64,000 nt of DNA from Candidatus Eiseniibacteriota bacterium (lineage in GTDB: Bacteria; Eisenbacteria; RBG-16-71-46; JABDJR01), in the NCBI GenBank assembly GCA_963783375.1, contig CAWANH010000028.1:128001-192000 (forward strand). Reading direction: 5' to 3'. Each line of letters begins with the position of its first letter. Within the stretch, counting starts at the first letter, position 1. Positions 11,408-20,965 of this stretch are shown here, piece by piece. The notes beneath the pieces are model-generated. The model had not been told where the DNA came from. It saw nothing but the letters and a program-made list of their open reading frames with translations, and did not search any database. The translations under genes and the position numbers were made by a program.

Positions 11408-13852
11408 TTATCGGAGCAGGATCATGCGGCGGGTTTCCCTCTGGCCGGAGAGGGAGAGGGTGTAGAAGTACACCCCGGGCCGGACCTCACGGCCCAGGTC
11501 ATCCCGTCCGTTCCACTGGGCCACGTGGAGCCCCTCGTCCACGCTCCCGTCCAGGAGAGTGGTCACCTTGCGTCCGGCCACGTCGAACACCTCCAGCACC
11601 GCCCGTCCCGGCTTCTCGGCCCGGAACTCGATCGAGGTCCGGGGGCTGAACGGATTGGGGTAGTTCTGGGCCAGGTGGAGGGTCACCTTGGGCTTGGGAC
11701 CGTCCGGAACCCCGGTCGTGATGTCCGAGCAGTAGTCCCAGATCCCCACCGGCGGCATCTGGGGAACTGCGGTCGAGTAGTTCACGTCGTCGAGGGTCAG
11801 GGACCGGTCCGGATAGCCCGCGCACTCGAACGTGTCGTTGATCAGGTACTTGTAGTTCAAGTTCATCTGGCTGGAGTCGGGGAAGATCACCGCCACCGTG
11901 AAGGTATCGTCCGCCGCCACCGCGTCCGGCGCCACACCGTTGTCGGCCATCGGGGTCTCGGAGGGAACGTTGAAGTTCATGGGGAGCACGTCCCCATCCA
12001 CGCCCACCGAGGTGATGGCGCCCCCGAACCAGTAGTCCGCGTCCACCCGGAACACCACCTTGATGGCCTTGTCGGTCACCGTGCAGCGGTCGATCCCGCG
12101 GGCGGGCAGAATGATCGGCCCCATCGCCCCGCCCACGGTGTCGTACTCGGCGTCGTTCAGGTAGACGTTGCGATTACCCTGGCCGAGGCACTCGAACGCG
12201 CTGTTGTACGTGTACTTGAAGTCCACCGACTTGTAGCTGGAGGCCGGGAAGCGCACCCAGGCGGAGTAGATCCCATCGTCCGGGACCTGGTCGCCGTTGG
12301 CCCCGCTGTCGTTCAGGAGGATGCCCGGGGTGGCGAAGTTGGGCAGCGGCGCCTGGTCCCCGGTCACCCCCAGGGTGTCGAGGGGTCCGGGCAGGAACAG
12401 GCTGGCGTCCACCTGGAACAGGACATCGATGGCGTGGGTGCTGATGGACGACGGCTGGTCATCGTTCCAGTAGGCGAAGAGCGTGTCCGCCGCCCCGTTA
12501 TCGCTGGAGACCAGGTGCTGGCGGTTGGAGCGCGGCTCGTACCCGGCGTGGTTGTTGTAGAACTTCCATTCCAGGCTGACCTCCGCCTTCCCGGTGCCCG
12601 GGTCCTTGGGCATGCTCATGGGAACGGTGGTGACGTAGACGCTGTCCGCGTCGGGGTCCAGGAGCAGGGCGTTGTCCAGGGGAGAGAAGGTGAGCGGGTT
12701 CTGGCTGCCTTCCACCGAGAAGCTGTCGGGGGATGACCCGTTCGCCGCCAGGTACACGCTCATGTCCCCCTGGAAGAGGAGCCGCTTGAGGAAGAACGAG
12801 CGCTTGTTGGTGGTCCCGTTGTTGACGATGGGGTTTCCGGCCAGGTCCTGCACCCCGGTCACCGTCACGTCGTAGAAGTTGGCCGAGGCGCTGATCGACG
12901 CGGACAGGCTCAGGTGCACCTTGCTCGCGTCGGAGCCGTCGACCACGGCCGAAGTCACGGTGGCGGCGGTGTTGGAGACGGCGTAATTCCCGGGCGTGGC
13001 GGCTCCGGTTCCCACCGGCTCGCTGAACACCACGTCCACCTTGTTGGTGGAGGTGATGAACTGCTTCTGACCGCCGAGGGCGAAACCGGTGGCGGTGGCG
13101 GAGACCAGGGTCGGGGGAACGGCGTCCGCTGCGGATTGCACCACGTAGGTGTACATGCAGTACATCTCCACCGGGGTGGTCACGTCGAAGGTGGTCCCGG
13201 AGGGGGTGGAGGTCTGCACGGTGTCGCTGCAACCGGCGTCCAGGGGAGGCTTCGAGGTCCCGTCCTGGGTCATCCAGAACTCCACGTGGATCGTGTCCCC
13301 CGGAGCCAGGCCCAGGGTGGCGAGAGAGAGCTTGCCTTCCTTGAACCCCGTGCTGTCCACGATGCCCAGGCCGTTGGCGCCGTCGCTGACCACGCTCCAC
13401 GCACTCCCGCTCCACTGGTAGAGCACCTCGTAGTTGTAGGAGTCGACCACGTCGTAGACGTAGAAGTCGGGCTTCTTGGCGATGGTGTTCCAGGCGATCT
13501 TCCGGTTGAAGGCGTCGGTGGCGCCGCCGGCCACGGTGTTCACGTCGATGGCCATGCCTAGGTTCACCGCGGGTGAGGTGAAGCAGGCATTGTCGTACTG
13601 GAACCCGAAGTAGAGGAAGTTGGTGTCGTTGGTGAGATAGATGTCGCCGAGATCCATGGGGCTCTCGTCCCCCGCGGTCCCGGTGCACCAGTCCTTGGTC
13701 TCGGTGTCCCCCCCGTCGGCGTCCAGGAGGTTCGACCCGTTGAAGTCGTTGGCGCCGTCCACCGCGATGGTCTGGGGGACGAAGGCCCAGGCCGGGGCGG
13801 CGGCCAGGACCAGGGCGAGAAGCGCCGGCAGCCACAGGTGAAGTCGTTTCAT
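11408..13852 (-). CDS. secreted multi-domain protein (DOMON/CBM9-like, Ig-like, 3 CBM20-like repeats) with T9SS type A/FlgD-Ig C-terminal domain
   Basis: Signal peptide ending AWA; repeats FQGDMS/FQVDAS/FRVDAD..EWKF/DFKY/NYKY; tail LAQNYPNPFSPRTSIEF...FDVAGRKV..WNGRDD..PGVYFY..RRMILLR. Confidence 0.8.
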   Translation of the reverse strand: MKRLHLWLPALLALVLAAAPAWAFVPQTIAVDGANDFNGSNLLDADGGDTETKDWCTGTAGDESPMDLGDIYLTNDTNFLYFGFQYDNACFTSPAVNLGMAIDVNTVAGGATDAFNRKIAWNTIAKKPDFYVYDVVDSYNYEVLYQWSGSAWSVVSDGANGLGIVDSTGFKEGKLSLATLGLAPGDTIHVEFWMTQDGTSKPPLDAGCSDTVQTSTPSGTTFDVTTPVEMYCMYTYVVQSAADAVPPTLVSATATGFALGGQKQFITSTNKVDVVFSEPVGTGAATPGNYAVSNTAATVTSAVVDGSDASKVHLSLSASISASANFYDVTVTGVQDLAGNPIVNNGTTNKRSFFLKRLLFQGDMSVYLAANGSSPDSFSVEGSQNPLTFSPLDNALLLDPDADSVYVTTVPMSMPKDPGTGKAEVSLEWKFYNNHAGYEPRSNRQHLVSSDNGAADTLFAYWNDDQPSSISTHAIDVLFQVDASLFLPGPLDTLGVTGDQAPLPNFATPGILLNDSGANGDQVPDDGIYSAWVRFPASSYKSVDFKYTYNSAFECLGQGNRNVYLNDAEYDTVGGAMGPIILPARGIDRCTVTDKAIKVVFRVDADYWFGGAITSVGVDGDVLPMNFNVPSETPMADNGVAPDAVAADDTFTVAVIFPDSSQMNLNYKYLINDTFECAGYPDRSLTLDDVNYSTAVPQMPPVGIWDYCSDITTGVPDGPKPKVTLHLAQNYPNPFSPRTSIEFRAEKPGRAVLEVFDVAGRKVTTLLDGSVDEGLHVAQWNGRDDLGREVRPGVYFYTLSLSGQRETRRMILLR

Positions 13853-14146
13853 TGGAGCATCTCCCGGAGCTATGGGTGCCGGGATCCGGACCGCGCGGCT
13901 CGAGGGACCGGGCCCCCGGGGGAAACGACAGGGTCAGGATGTCACGGCGCCCAGGAAAGACAAGCAGTGCCGGCTGCCGAGTGCATCCGGCTAGAAGTTC
14001 TCCCGAGTTGCGAGTGCAGGTGGAGGGTCGGCCCGATCGGACACGGACGGAACTTCCACGTCGTACGGTCACCGGACAGGTCGGCGGGACGGCGGCGGCT
14101 CCTCGAAGGAGCTTGGCCACCCCCTGCCCGCCGACGAGGATGAGGG

Positions 14147-14162
14147 GTTGGACCGGTCCAAC
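14147..14162. promoter_or_regulatory. LacI-family operator 1
   Basis: Perfect 16-bp palindrome GTTGGACCGGTCCAAC with central CG. Confidence 0.85.
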
Positions 14163-14192
14163 AATGACCTCATCCAAAGGAAAACAAGGAAC

Positions 14193-14222
14193 AGTATACC
14201 GGGTCAGCCCCGGGCGGGTCAA
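14193..14222 (-). promoter_or_regulatory. sigma70-type promoter for the 11408-13852 gene
   Basis: Minus strand TTGACC-18 bp-TATACT, upstream of operator 1. Confidence 0.65.
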
Positions 14223-14261
14223 CGAAAACCGCCGCCCACCCGGACCGTAACCCGTTACGCC

Positions 14262-14306
14262 AAAATAACATAACGGGGGGCGGAGCCTCTCGGTCCCGCC
14301 CCCCGT
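14262..14306 (-). terminator. intrinsic terminator after the 14334-15092 gene
   Basis: Stem ACGGGGGGCGG/CCGCCCCCCGT followed on the minus strand by TATGTTATTTT. Confidence 0.65.
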
Positions 14307-14333
14307 CATCAAGCCGTCAGAAGATCGGAAGGC

Positions 14334-15092
14334 TTACTGGTAGAGCTGCTTGATGTTGCTCCAGGTCGTCGGTTCGGTCGGAACCGGAGCGTTCATCATG
14401 GCCCGGACGCGGCCGGTGTTGGTATCCAGCTCGAAGACCCACTCGTCGCCGTTCTGGTCCACGGTGATGTTCCAGGTGGAGGCGTTGATCGAGGGACCGT
14501 CGGTCCCGAACTGCTGGGCCCAGTCCCCGTTCACCGCCACCTTCCAGTCGTAGTTTCCCGCGGGAAGCTGGCCGGAGTAGCTGTAGATGCCGTCGCTGGC
14601 CGTGGCGTCGCCGTTCAGGCCGTCGTCGTGCATGACGGTGGTCCCGGCGGGATCCCAGTCCGCGGCGTTCCCCAGCTCGTCCTGGAGCGTCCCCACCAGG
14701 GTGTAGGTGGTGCCGAGGGTCCTGCTGGAAGTGGGCCAGTAGGAATCGGCGGCCCAGCCGTCCCCGTAGGCGTTGATGTCGAAGGTGAGGAGCACGTCCT
14801 GATTGTCGGCGGTGGTGATGAACCAGCAGTTCCCCGAGTGGGGCCAGGAGTCGCTCCAGTCGCCGAGCGCGGCCTTCCACTCGTAGGCGCCGGCGGTGGC
14901 GATGTTCACGGTCGCGGAGTAGATCCCGTCGCCGCTGGCCACGTCGCCGCTGGTGCCGTCATCCACGAGCTGGACCGCGGTGTTGATGTCCCACCCCTGG
15001 TAGCTGCCAGGGCCGTAAAAAGGCTGAGCGCCCACCGATGCCGCGACGAGCAGCATGCAAGAGGCCAGGAGCAAGGGTAGTGAAGTCTTCAT
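14334..15092 (-). CDS. secreted tandem pullulanase-X25-like (alpha-glucan-binding) protein with TWxxIK C-terminal motif
   Basis: Signal peptide; YTLVGTLQDELGNAADWDPA...LPAGNYDWKVAVNGDW resembles amylopullulanase X25 modules; ends PTEPTTWSNIKQLYQ. Confidence 0.75.
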   Translation of the reverse strand: MKTSLPLLLASCMLLVAASVGAQPFYGPGSYQGWDINTAVQLVDDGTSGDVASGDGIYSATVNIATAGAYEWKAALGDWSDSWPHSGNCWFITTADNQDVLLTFDINAYGDGWAADSYWPTSSRTLGTTYTLVGTLQDELGNAADWDPAGTTVMHDDGLNGDATASDGIYSYSGQLPAGNYDWKVAVNGDWAQQFGTDGPSINASTWNITVDQNGDEWVFELDTNTGRVRAMMNAPVPTEPTTWSNIKQLYQ

Positions 15093-15154
15093 CGTGCAAT
15101 GCCTCCGTGCAGATCCTAGATGTGGGGACCGGGGGTCGCCGCTGCGAACACCGT

Positions 15155-15168
15155 GTGGACCGGTCCAA
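15155..15168. promoter_or_regulatory. LacI-family operator 2
   Basis: GTGGACCGGTCCAA (13/14 match to the palindrome). Confidence 0.82.
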
Positions 15169-15192
15169 CTGGAACGTCAGAACTACTTGACA

Positions 15193-15222
15193 ATTATACT
15201 AAATCCGCGGAACTCCAGTCAA
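15193..15222 (-). promoter_or_regulatory. sigma70-type promoter for the 14334-15092 gene
   Basis: Minus strand TTGACT-18 bp-TATAAT in an AT-rich patch. Confidence 0.7.
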
Positions 15223-15315
15223 GAAAACGACTTCTGGAGGCGGGTTTTCGGATTCTCCCGTCTCCCCCAAGCGGCCAGACGATCACTTTGCTCATGTCTG
15301 GCAACCGCTGGATGT

Positions 15316-16155
15316 TCAACCCTTTACCCCACCCAGGGTCAGCCCGCTCACCAGGAATCGGTTGAGGAGGAGAAAGAGCGCCACCACCGGAATCGACACC
15401 AGGACGCTTCCCGCCGCGTAGTTGGCCCATTCGGTCTGGAAGGTCCCGGCGAGGGCCTCCAGGCCCAGGGGAAGGGTGAAGAGGTTCGCCTGCGTGAGCA
15501 CCACCCGGGCCACGATGAACTCGGACCACGCGGCCATGAAGGAGAAGAGGGCGGTGATGGTGAGCGCGGGGAGGGACAGCGGGAGGACGATCCGGAGGAA
15601 CGCGCCCATGGGGCCGAGGCCGTCGATCAGCGCCGCCTCCTCGAGGTCCCTGGGGATCGAGTCGTAGTACCCCTTCATGGTCCACACGCAGAAGGGCAGG
15701 GCGGTGGTGACGTAGACCACCATCAGCCCCGCGAGCGTGTTCAGAAGATGCACCTTCTGAAGCAGGAGGTAGAGGGGAAGGAGCAGCATGGTGGCCGGGA
15801 ACATCTGGGTGAGCAGGAACGAGGTGAGGCCGATCCGGTGTCCGGGGAAGCGGTAGCGGCTGAACGCGTAACCCGAGGTCGCGGCCAGGGCCACCCCGAT
15901 GAAGGTGACGGTCAACGAGACGATGAGGCTGTTCTTGAGCCAGAGGAGGAAGGGCTTCTCGAAGAGGATCGCGTGATAGGCGTGGAGACTCGCGCCCTCG
16001 GGGATCAGGCGGAGCGAGGTCGAGTAGAGCTGATCCCCCGGCCGAAGCGACGTCCCGATCACCAGGAGCACCGGATAGAGGGTGACCAGGGCGACCAGGA
16101 TGAGGATCCCGTGGACCAGAGCGCGCTGCCAGAGGGGAGTCTTGGTGGCGTCCAT
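15316..16155 (-). CDS. malG: maltose/maltodextrin-type sugar ABC permease (MalG-like)
   Basis: LLTQMFPA, KGYYDSIPRDLEEAALIDG (EAA loop), ends SGLTLGGVKG; start ATG 16155. Confidence 0.85.
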   Translation of the reverse strand: MDATKTPLWQRALVHGILILVALVTLYPVLLVIGTSLRPGDQLYSTSLRLIPEGASLHAYHAILFEKPFLLWLKNSLIVSLTVTFIGVALAATSGYAFSRYRFPGHRIGLTSFLLTQMFPATMLLLPLYLLLQKVHLLNTLAGLMVVYVTTALPFCVWTMKGYYDSIPRDLEEAALIDGLGPMGAFLRIVLPLSLPALTITALFSFMAAWSEFIVARVVLTQANLFTLPLGLEALAGTFQTEWANYAAGSVLVSIPVVALFLLLNRFLVSGLTLGGVKG

Positions 16156-17033
16156 CAGTAGACCGATTCCGTTGCCCGGGAGAGACGCATGTAGAACATG
16201 ACGAAGATCAGCAGGATGAGGAAGATGACCAGGGAGAATGCGGCCGCGTACCCGTAGCGGTAGAGGGTGAACGCCGCCTTGTAGACGTAGGTGACCAGAA
16301 TGTGGCTCTTGTCGGCCGGTTTCCCGCCGTCGGTGACCAGCCAGATCACGTTCAGGTTGTTGAAGGTCCAGATGGTGCCCAGGACCACCGCCGGGACCAG
16401 GACGGGCTTGAGGAGGGGGAGGGTCACGTGGCGAAGGCGGTTCCACCAGTTGGCCCCGTCGATCGACGCCACCTCGTAGAGCTCGTGGGGGATGGACTGG
16501 AGGCCGCCCAGGGCGATCACCATCATGAACGGGAAGCCAAGCCAGATATTGGCGATGATGGCCGCGGTGAACGCGGCGTTGGCGTTGCTCAGCCACGCCA
16601 CCTGGGGCAGGCCGAACTTGACCAGCCACAGGTTCACCGCGCCGTACTCGTAGTTGAACATCCCCCGCCAGGTGAGGGCGGAAATGTACTGGGGGATGGC
16701 CCAGGGAATGATGAGGAGCGCCCGGTAGAGCCACTGCCCCCGGATGGGCCGGTTCAAGACCACCGCCAGACCCACGCCCAGGGTGACGTGGGCGAGCACG
16801 TTCACCCCGGTCCAGATCACCGTCTTCAACAGGACGACGTAGAGGGCGGAGCTGCTGAACAGCTCGACGAAGTTGGCGAGGCCGATGAACTCCGGGTTCC
16901 GGAAGTGCCGGAGGCTCATGTTGGAGAAGGCGATGCGGAAATTGTAGAGGAACGGGTAGGCCACCACGGCCAGCATGACCAGGATCGACGGGAGAACGAG
17001 GGCGTAGGCCAACGGGATGCTTCTGCGGTTCAT
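16155..17033 (-). CDS. malF: maltose/maltodextrin-type sugar ABC permease (MalF-like)
   Basis: YRALLIIPWAIP, NIWLGFPFMM, LQSIPHELYEVASIDGAN. Confidence 0.85.
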   Translation of the reverse strand: MNRRSIPLAYALVLPSILVMLAVVAYPFLYNFRIAFSNMSLRHFRNPEFIGLANFVELFSSSALYVVLLKTVIWTGVNVLAHVTLGVGLAVVLNRPIRGQWLYRALLIIPWAIPQYISALTWRGMFNYEYGAVNLWLVKFGLPQVAWLSNANAAFTAAIIANIWLGFPFMMVIALGGLQSIPHELYEVASIDGANWWNRLRHVTLPLLKPVLVPAVVLGTIWTFNNLNVIWLVTDGGKPADKSHILVTYVYKAAFTLYRYGYAAAFSLVIFLILLIFVMFYMRLSRATESVY

Positions 17034-17081
17034 CCTCTGCGGTTCCGTCCGATCCCGGGGGGCGTCACGGTCGTCCCCCGC

Positions 17082-18329
17082 CTACTGGTTCATGGACGCG
17101 ATCTTTTCCAGGGCATCCTTCTGCATGTCCCGGGCCGCGTCCTCGGGACTCTTGCTCCCGTTCATCACCGACTGCATGTTGGGGCGCATGGCGTCCCAGA
17201 TCGCCCGCATCTCGGGGACCACCGGCATCTGCCGGCCGACCTTCCACTGCTCCAACGAGGCCTGGAGCAGCTCGTCATTCTTGATCTCGGGAAGCTCGTA
17301 GGCCGCCCGGACGCTGGGAAGGATGGCCAGCTCGGTGGCGAAGCGGGCGGTGACCTTCTCCGAGGTCAGGTAGTGGAGGAGATCGCGCACGGCGTCCGCC
17401 TTGGCATCGTCCAGGTTCACGTTCACCGAGTAGCCCTTGGTGCCGATCATGGGCGCGGCCCAGGGCCCGCCGGGGACCGCCCGGGGGATCCGGGCCAGGG
17501 CGAAGGGCACCCCCGCCTTCCGGTAGTCGCCGAAGGACCACGGCCCGTTCACGATCATCGCCGCCTTGCCGGTCTTGAACATGGTGTCCATGAGCTGGTA
17601 GTTGCACTCGCGCGGCACCACCTTGTACTTCTCCCGCAGCTCGTTCACGAAGGCCAGGGCCTTCACCATGGCCGGGGTGTCCAGGGTGGGCCGGTTCTGA
17701 TCGTCCATCACCCATCCGCCGTAGGCGGTCAGGAAGGGGACGAGCCAGAACGGCTCGTTGAACTCGAAGGCCAGGCCGTAGCGGTCCACCCGGCCGTTGG
17801 GTTGGGTGGTCATGGCCGCCTTGGCGATGTCGACCCACTGATCGAAGGTCTCGGGGGGGGCCTTCACCGCCTCGGTGTTGTAGAGGAGGTTCAGGTGGTT
17901 CCCCACCTGGTCCGGCAGCGACCACACGTGCCCGTTCAGGGTATCCAGGGCGGCGTTCAGGAACCGGCCCCAGTCCTCGCCGGTGAGGAACTCATCCATG
18001 GGGCGGATGATCCTGAGCACCGAGAAGGGTCCCACCTGGTCCGAGGGCCCGTACACCAGGTCGGGTCCGCCCTCGGCCAGGGCCGCGTTCTGATATTGGC
18101 TGCGCAGGTTCTCGGTGTCGTAATGGACCAGGGATACCGTCACTCCGGGATGCTGGGCCTGGTAGTCGGCCAGGACCTTCTCCATGACCCCCTTCTCCTG
18201 GGGATCCCGCTGCTCCCAGATCGTGATCTCGGTGGTTCCCGGGGTCTTGCCTCCCCCCCCGCCGCAACCGATCCATATCGAACAGGCGATGGCCAGGACG
18301 GGAAGCGCGCCGATCCAGTTCTGCTTCAT
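17082..18329 (-). CDS. malE: maltodextrin-type extracellular solute-binding lipoprotein (MalE/MdxE-like)
   Basis: Lipobox WIGC; GPDLVYGPSD, LLYNTE, MIVNGPWS, MPVVPEMRAIW. Confidence 0.8.
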   Translation of the reverse strand: MKQNWIGALPVLAIACSIWIGCGGGGGKTPGTTEITIWEQRDPQEKGVMEKVLADYQAQHPGVTVSLVHYDTENLRSQYQNAALAEGGPDLVYGPSDQVGPFSVLRIIRPMDEFLTGEDWGRFLNAALDTLNGHVWSLPDQVGNHLNLLYNTEAVKAPPETFDQWVDIAKAAMTTQPNGRVDRYGLAFEFNEPFWLVPFLTAYGGWVMDDQNRPTLDTPAMVKALAFVNELREKYKVVPRECNYQLMDTMFKTGKAAMIVNGPWSFGDYRKAGVPFALARIPRAVPGGPWAAPMIGTKGYSVNVNLDDAKADAVRDLLHYLTSEKVTARFATELAILPSVRAAYELPEIKNDELLQASLEQWKVGRQMPVVPEMRAIWDAMRPNMQSVMNGSKSPEDAARDMQKDALEKIASMNQ

Positions 18330-18338
18330 CGCGTTCTC

Positions 18339-18836
18339 CTAGGAAACGGTAAGGGTCGAGTTCTTCCCGCCATAGCCGTCGTCGGCGCTGTTGGGGTTCT
18401 GGGGATCCGGCTTCCAATCGCTGCCGTTGACCACGAACTTGTACTGGTAGGTCCCGGGGTCCAGGGGCTTCACGATCGTCCACACCCCGTTGTCGCCCTT
18501 CTTCAGGGGATCGCTCGAGGTGGACCAGTTGTTGAAGGTTCCGGCCAGGGCGACGCTGTTGGCGTCCGGACCCAGGTAGCTGAACCGCCACCCGTCCGGA
18601 GTCTGAACCGGGGCTCCGGCGGCGGCCGCCGGGGCGGCGGGGGTGGCGGGCGTGGTCGACGCGCTCTTTCCCCCCGCCGGGGCCTCGGCCCCCGGAGGGA
18701 CGTAGGGGCGGGTCCGGTCACAGCCCGTCACCGCGGCCAGAACCAGGACCGTGAGCCCGGCGAGAAGCCACACCCCGGTCCACCGGTTGCGGGTCGGGAC
18801 GGCGCTGCCGCCCCCGATGCGCGTGTTCCGCGTCAT
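18339..18836 (-). CDS. lipoprotein with CBM48/AMPK-beta-like glycogen-binding domain
   Basis: Lipobox VTGC, Pro/Ala linker, VALAGTFNNW...LDPGTYQYKFVVNG..WKPDPQNP..DDGYGGKNS. Confidence 0.85.
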   Translation of the reverse strand: MTRNTRIGGGSAVPTRNRWTGVWLLAGLTVLVLAAVTGCDRTRPYVPPGAEAPAGGKSASTTPATPAAPAAAAGAPVQTPDGWRFSYLGPDANSVALAGTFNNWSTSSDPLKKGDNGVWTIVKPLDPGTYQYKFVVNGSDWKPDPQNPNSADDGYGGKNSTLTVS

Positions 18837-18891
18837 GGGAACCTCCTTCCGACGCCGCCCGCCCCGGTCGACCGGGACCCGGCGGCGGGGA

Positions 18892-20928
18892 TCAATGCCC
18901 CTGGGGTTTCGGCGGCGGCGTGTAGCGCACGGCAGAGAAGGTCTGCCGCCGCTCGTCCAGGGTGAAGATGTAGAACCCGAGCTGGGTGATCTGGATCCGG
19001 ATGGCATTGCCGCTGCTCACCACCCGCACCGGATAGGTACCCGGGATACCCAGCACCTGGCTCTCATCCCCACCGTAGTCCGGCGGACTGTCGAAGGTGT
19101 TGTCGGTGATGAACTTGAAGTACTGCTCCTGGCCCGCGGTGATACCCGTCGAGAAATCCAGGGTATCCGTCCACACACAGGCCGGGGACTGGGTCATGTA
19201 CGGCGACGAGGCCAGGTCCCACCCCGTGAAGTCGCCGACCACCTGGACCTGGTTGTAGGGCGAAGTCCCCGCCGACAGGGTCACCGTCCCCACGTCCTTG
19301 GCCGCCCCGGTCACCGTCACGCTGGTGAGCTGCTCGGGAAGGAAGCAGTTGGCGCTGACCTTGAGATCGTAGGTTCCGTTGGCCACCGCCTGGAGTGTGA
19401 ATGTCCGGGTGGTGGGGTCGCTCTGGACGCTGGCCGTAGCGGTCTGGCCCCCCGAGGGGAAGAGCTCCACCTTGGCCTTCGGGTAAGGCGCGGCGGAGAG
19501 CCCGCTGAATCCGACCGCGCCGGAAATGGAACCGGTGGGCGCGCCTCCGAGCAGGGACGCGGTGAAGGTGAGGTTCGCCTCGTCGAGGACGAACACGTAC
19601 TGCCCGGTGTTGGCGACCGAGAGGTGGATCGCGGTGCCGATGCCGGAGACCAACTGGACGGGATGGCTCCCGAGGAGGGGCAGGGTCTGGCTCTCGTCCC
19701 CGCCGTAGTCCATGGGGTTGTCGAAGGCGCCGTCGGTCACCAGCTTCATGTTGTAGGGGCCGCCGGCGTTCACGGTCACCGTGTCCGTCCACACGCAGTT
19801 GGGCCCCTGGGTCATGAAGGGCGCCTGGCTCAGGGTGAACGACGTGAAGTCCGCGGCGACCTGGATGGTGTTGAACTGGCTCAGGCAGCCGGCCAGGAGG
19901 GTGATGGTCCCCAGGCCCGCTTCGGTCCCGTTATCGTACTGGATCCCCACCAGGGTCGTGTCCAGGTAGCCCGGAGCGGTGATCGCCAGGTCGTAGATCC
20001 CGGTATCGAGCCCGGTGAAGGCGAAGGCGCTGTCGGTGTCGGCCGTCTGGAGCACGATCGAGGTATTGGTGCGCCGCACCTCGACCGTGGCCTGGGGCCG
20101 GGGATCGGGGTGGTCGGCGAAAGCGATCTCCCCGAAAAGCTTCCCGGAGGCCACTTCCATGGTCAGGGTGCCGAGATCGGTGCTCCGGTTCGCGTCCACC
20201 ACCACCGAGGGCACCTGCTTGGGCAGGAAGCCGGGAGCCTGGATGTTGACCTCGTAGATCCCCACCGGCAGATCGCGGATGAAGAACTTACCGCTCTGGG
20301 GATCGGACTCGATGATCAACGACTCCTGGGTGATGCGATAGGTGGCCGGCACGGTGGCTTCGTTGATGATGAAGGTCCAGACTCCGGTCGTGGGGATGGT
20401 GACGGAGAGGTTTCCGTCCGGCCCGTTGGCCGGCGAGTCCAGGGTCCCTTCGAGCGGATCGGTTCCGGTGTTGGCGCTCCCTTTCCCGTAGTCGGGGGGA
20501 GTGTCGTAGGCCAGCGTGGTCGGGCTGTTCCCGGTCACGAACTTGACGTCGAGCTGTCCCTTGGGAATGGTGTCGCTGAACACCCAGTAGCACGGGGCGA
20601 GCTGAGCCATGAGGAAGCTGTCCGCACCGGCAAGATTGAAGTCGTTGAAGTTCCCCATCACCGCGATGGCCCCGAACTGGCTGACGCAGTCCGTGCTCTG
20701 AAGGGCCAGGACGCGAGCCCCGGGGAGCGGAGGTTGGTTCACCCCCTCGAAGGTGAGGGTCCCCACGATGTCCCCGCGTCCCCCCGGAGGGGTGAGGATC
20801 GTGGTTCGGGGGTTGTCGTCGCAGGCGGTGAGCCACGCGCCGGCCAGCCCCGCCGCGAGGAGCGCGACCAGGAACGCCGCATTCCGACCGGCCGACCCGA
20901 TGCTTCTCCGTCTTCCTTCCAGATTCAT
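18892..20928 (-). CDS. lipoprotein with three SusE/SusF-like carbohydrate-binding repeats alternating with carboxypeptidase-regulatory-like Ig domains
   Basis: Lipobox LTAC; three repeats (GNFNDF/ADFTSF/GDFTGW)..C(Y/V)W..K(F/L)(V/I)T..D(T/N/S)P(P/M)DYG. Confidence 0.72.
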   Translation of the reverse strand: MNLEGRRRSIGSAGRNAAFLVALLAAGLAGAWLTACDDNPRTTILTPPGGRGDIVGTLTFEGVNQPPLPGARVLALQSTDCVSQFGAIAVMGNFNDFNLAGADSFLMAQLAPCYWVFSDTIPKGQLDVKFVTGNSPTTLAYDTPPDYGKGSANTGTDPLEGTLDSPANGPDGNLSVTIPTTGVWTFIINEATVPATYRITQESLIIESDPQSGKFFIRDLPVGIYEVNIQAPGFLPKQVPSVVVDANRSTDLGTLTMEVASGKLFGEIAFADHPDPRPQATVEVRRTNTSIVLQTADTDSAFAFTGLDTGIYDLAITAPGYLDTTLVGIQYDNGTEAGLGTITLLAGCLSQFNTIQVAADFTSFTLSQAPFMTQGPNCVWTDTVTVNAGGPYNMKLVTDGAFDNPMDYGGDESQTLPLLGSHPVQLVSGIGTAIHLSVANTGQYVFVLDEANLTFTASLLGGAPTGSISGAVGFSGLSAAPYPKAKVELFPSGGQTATASVQSDPTTRTFTLQAVANGTYDLKVSANCFLPEQLTSVTVTGAAKDVGTVTLSAGTSPYNQVQVVGDFTGWDLASSPYMTQSPACVWTDTLDFSTGITAGQEQYFKFITDNTFDSPPDYGGDESQVLGIPGTYPVRVVSSGNAIRIQITQLGFYIFTLDERRQTFSAVRYTPPPKPQGH

Positions 20929-20965
20929 GCCGAATCCCTTTCCCGACGTCCGGGAGGCCGGAACC

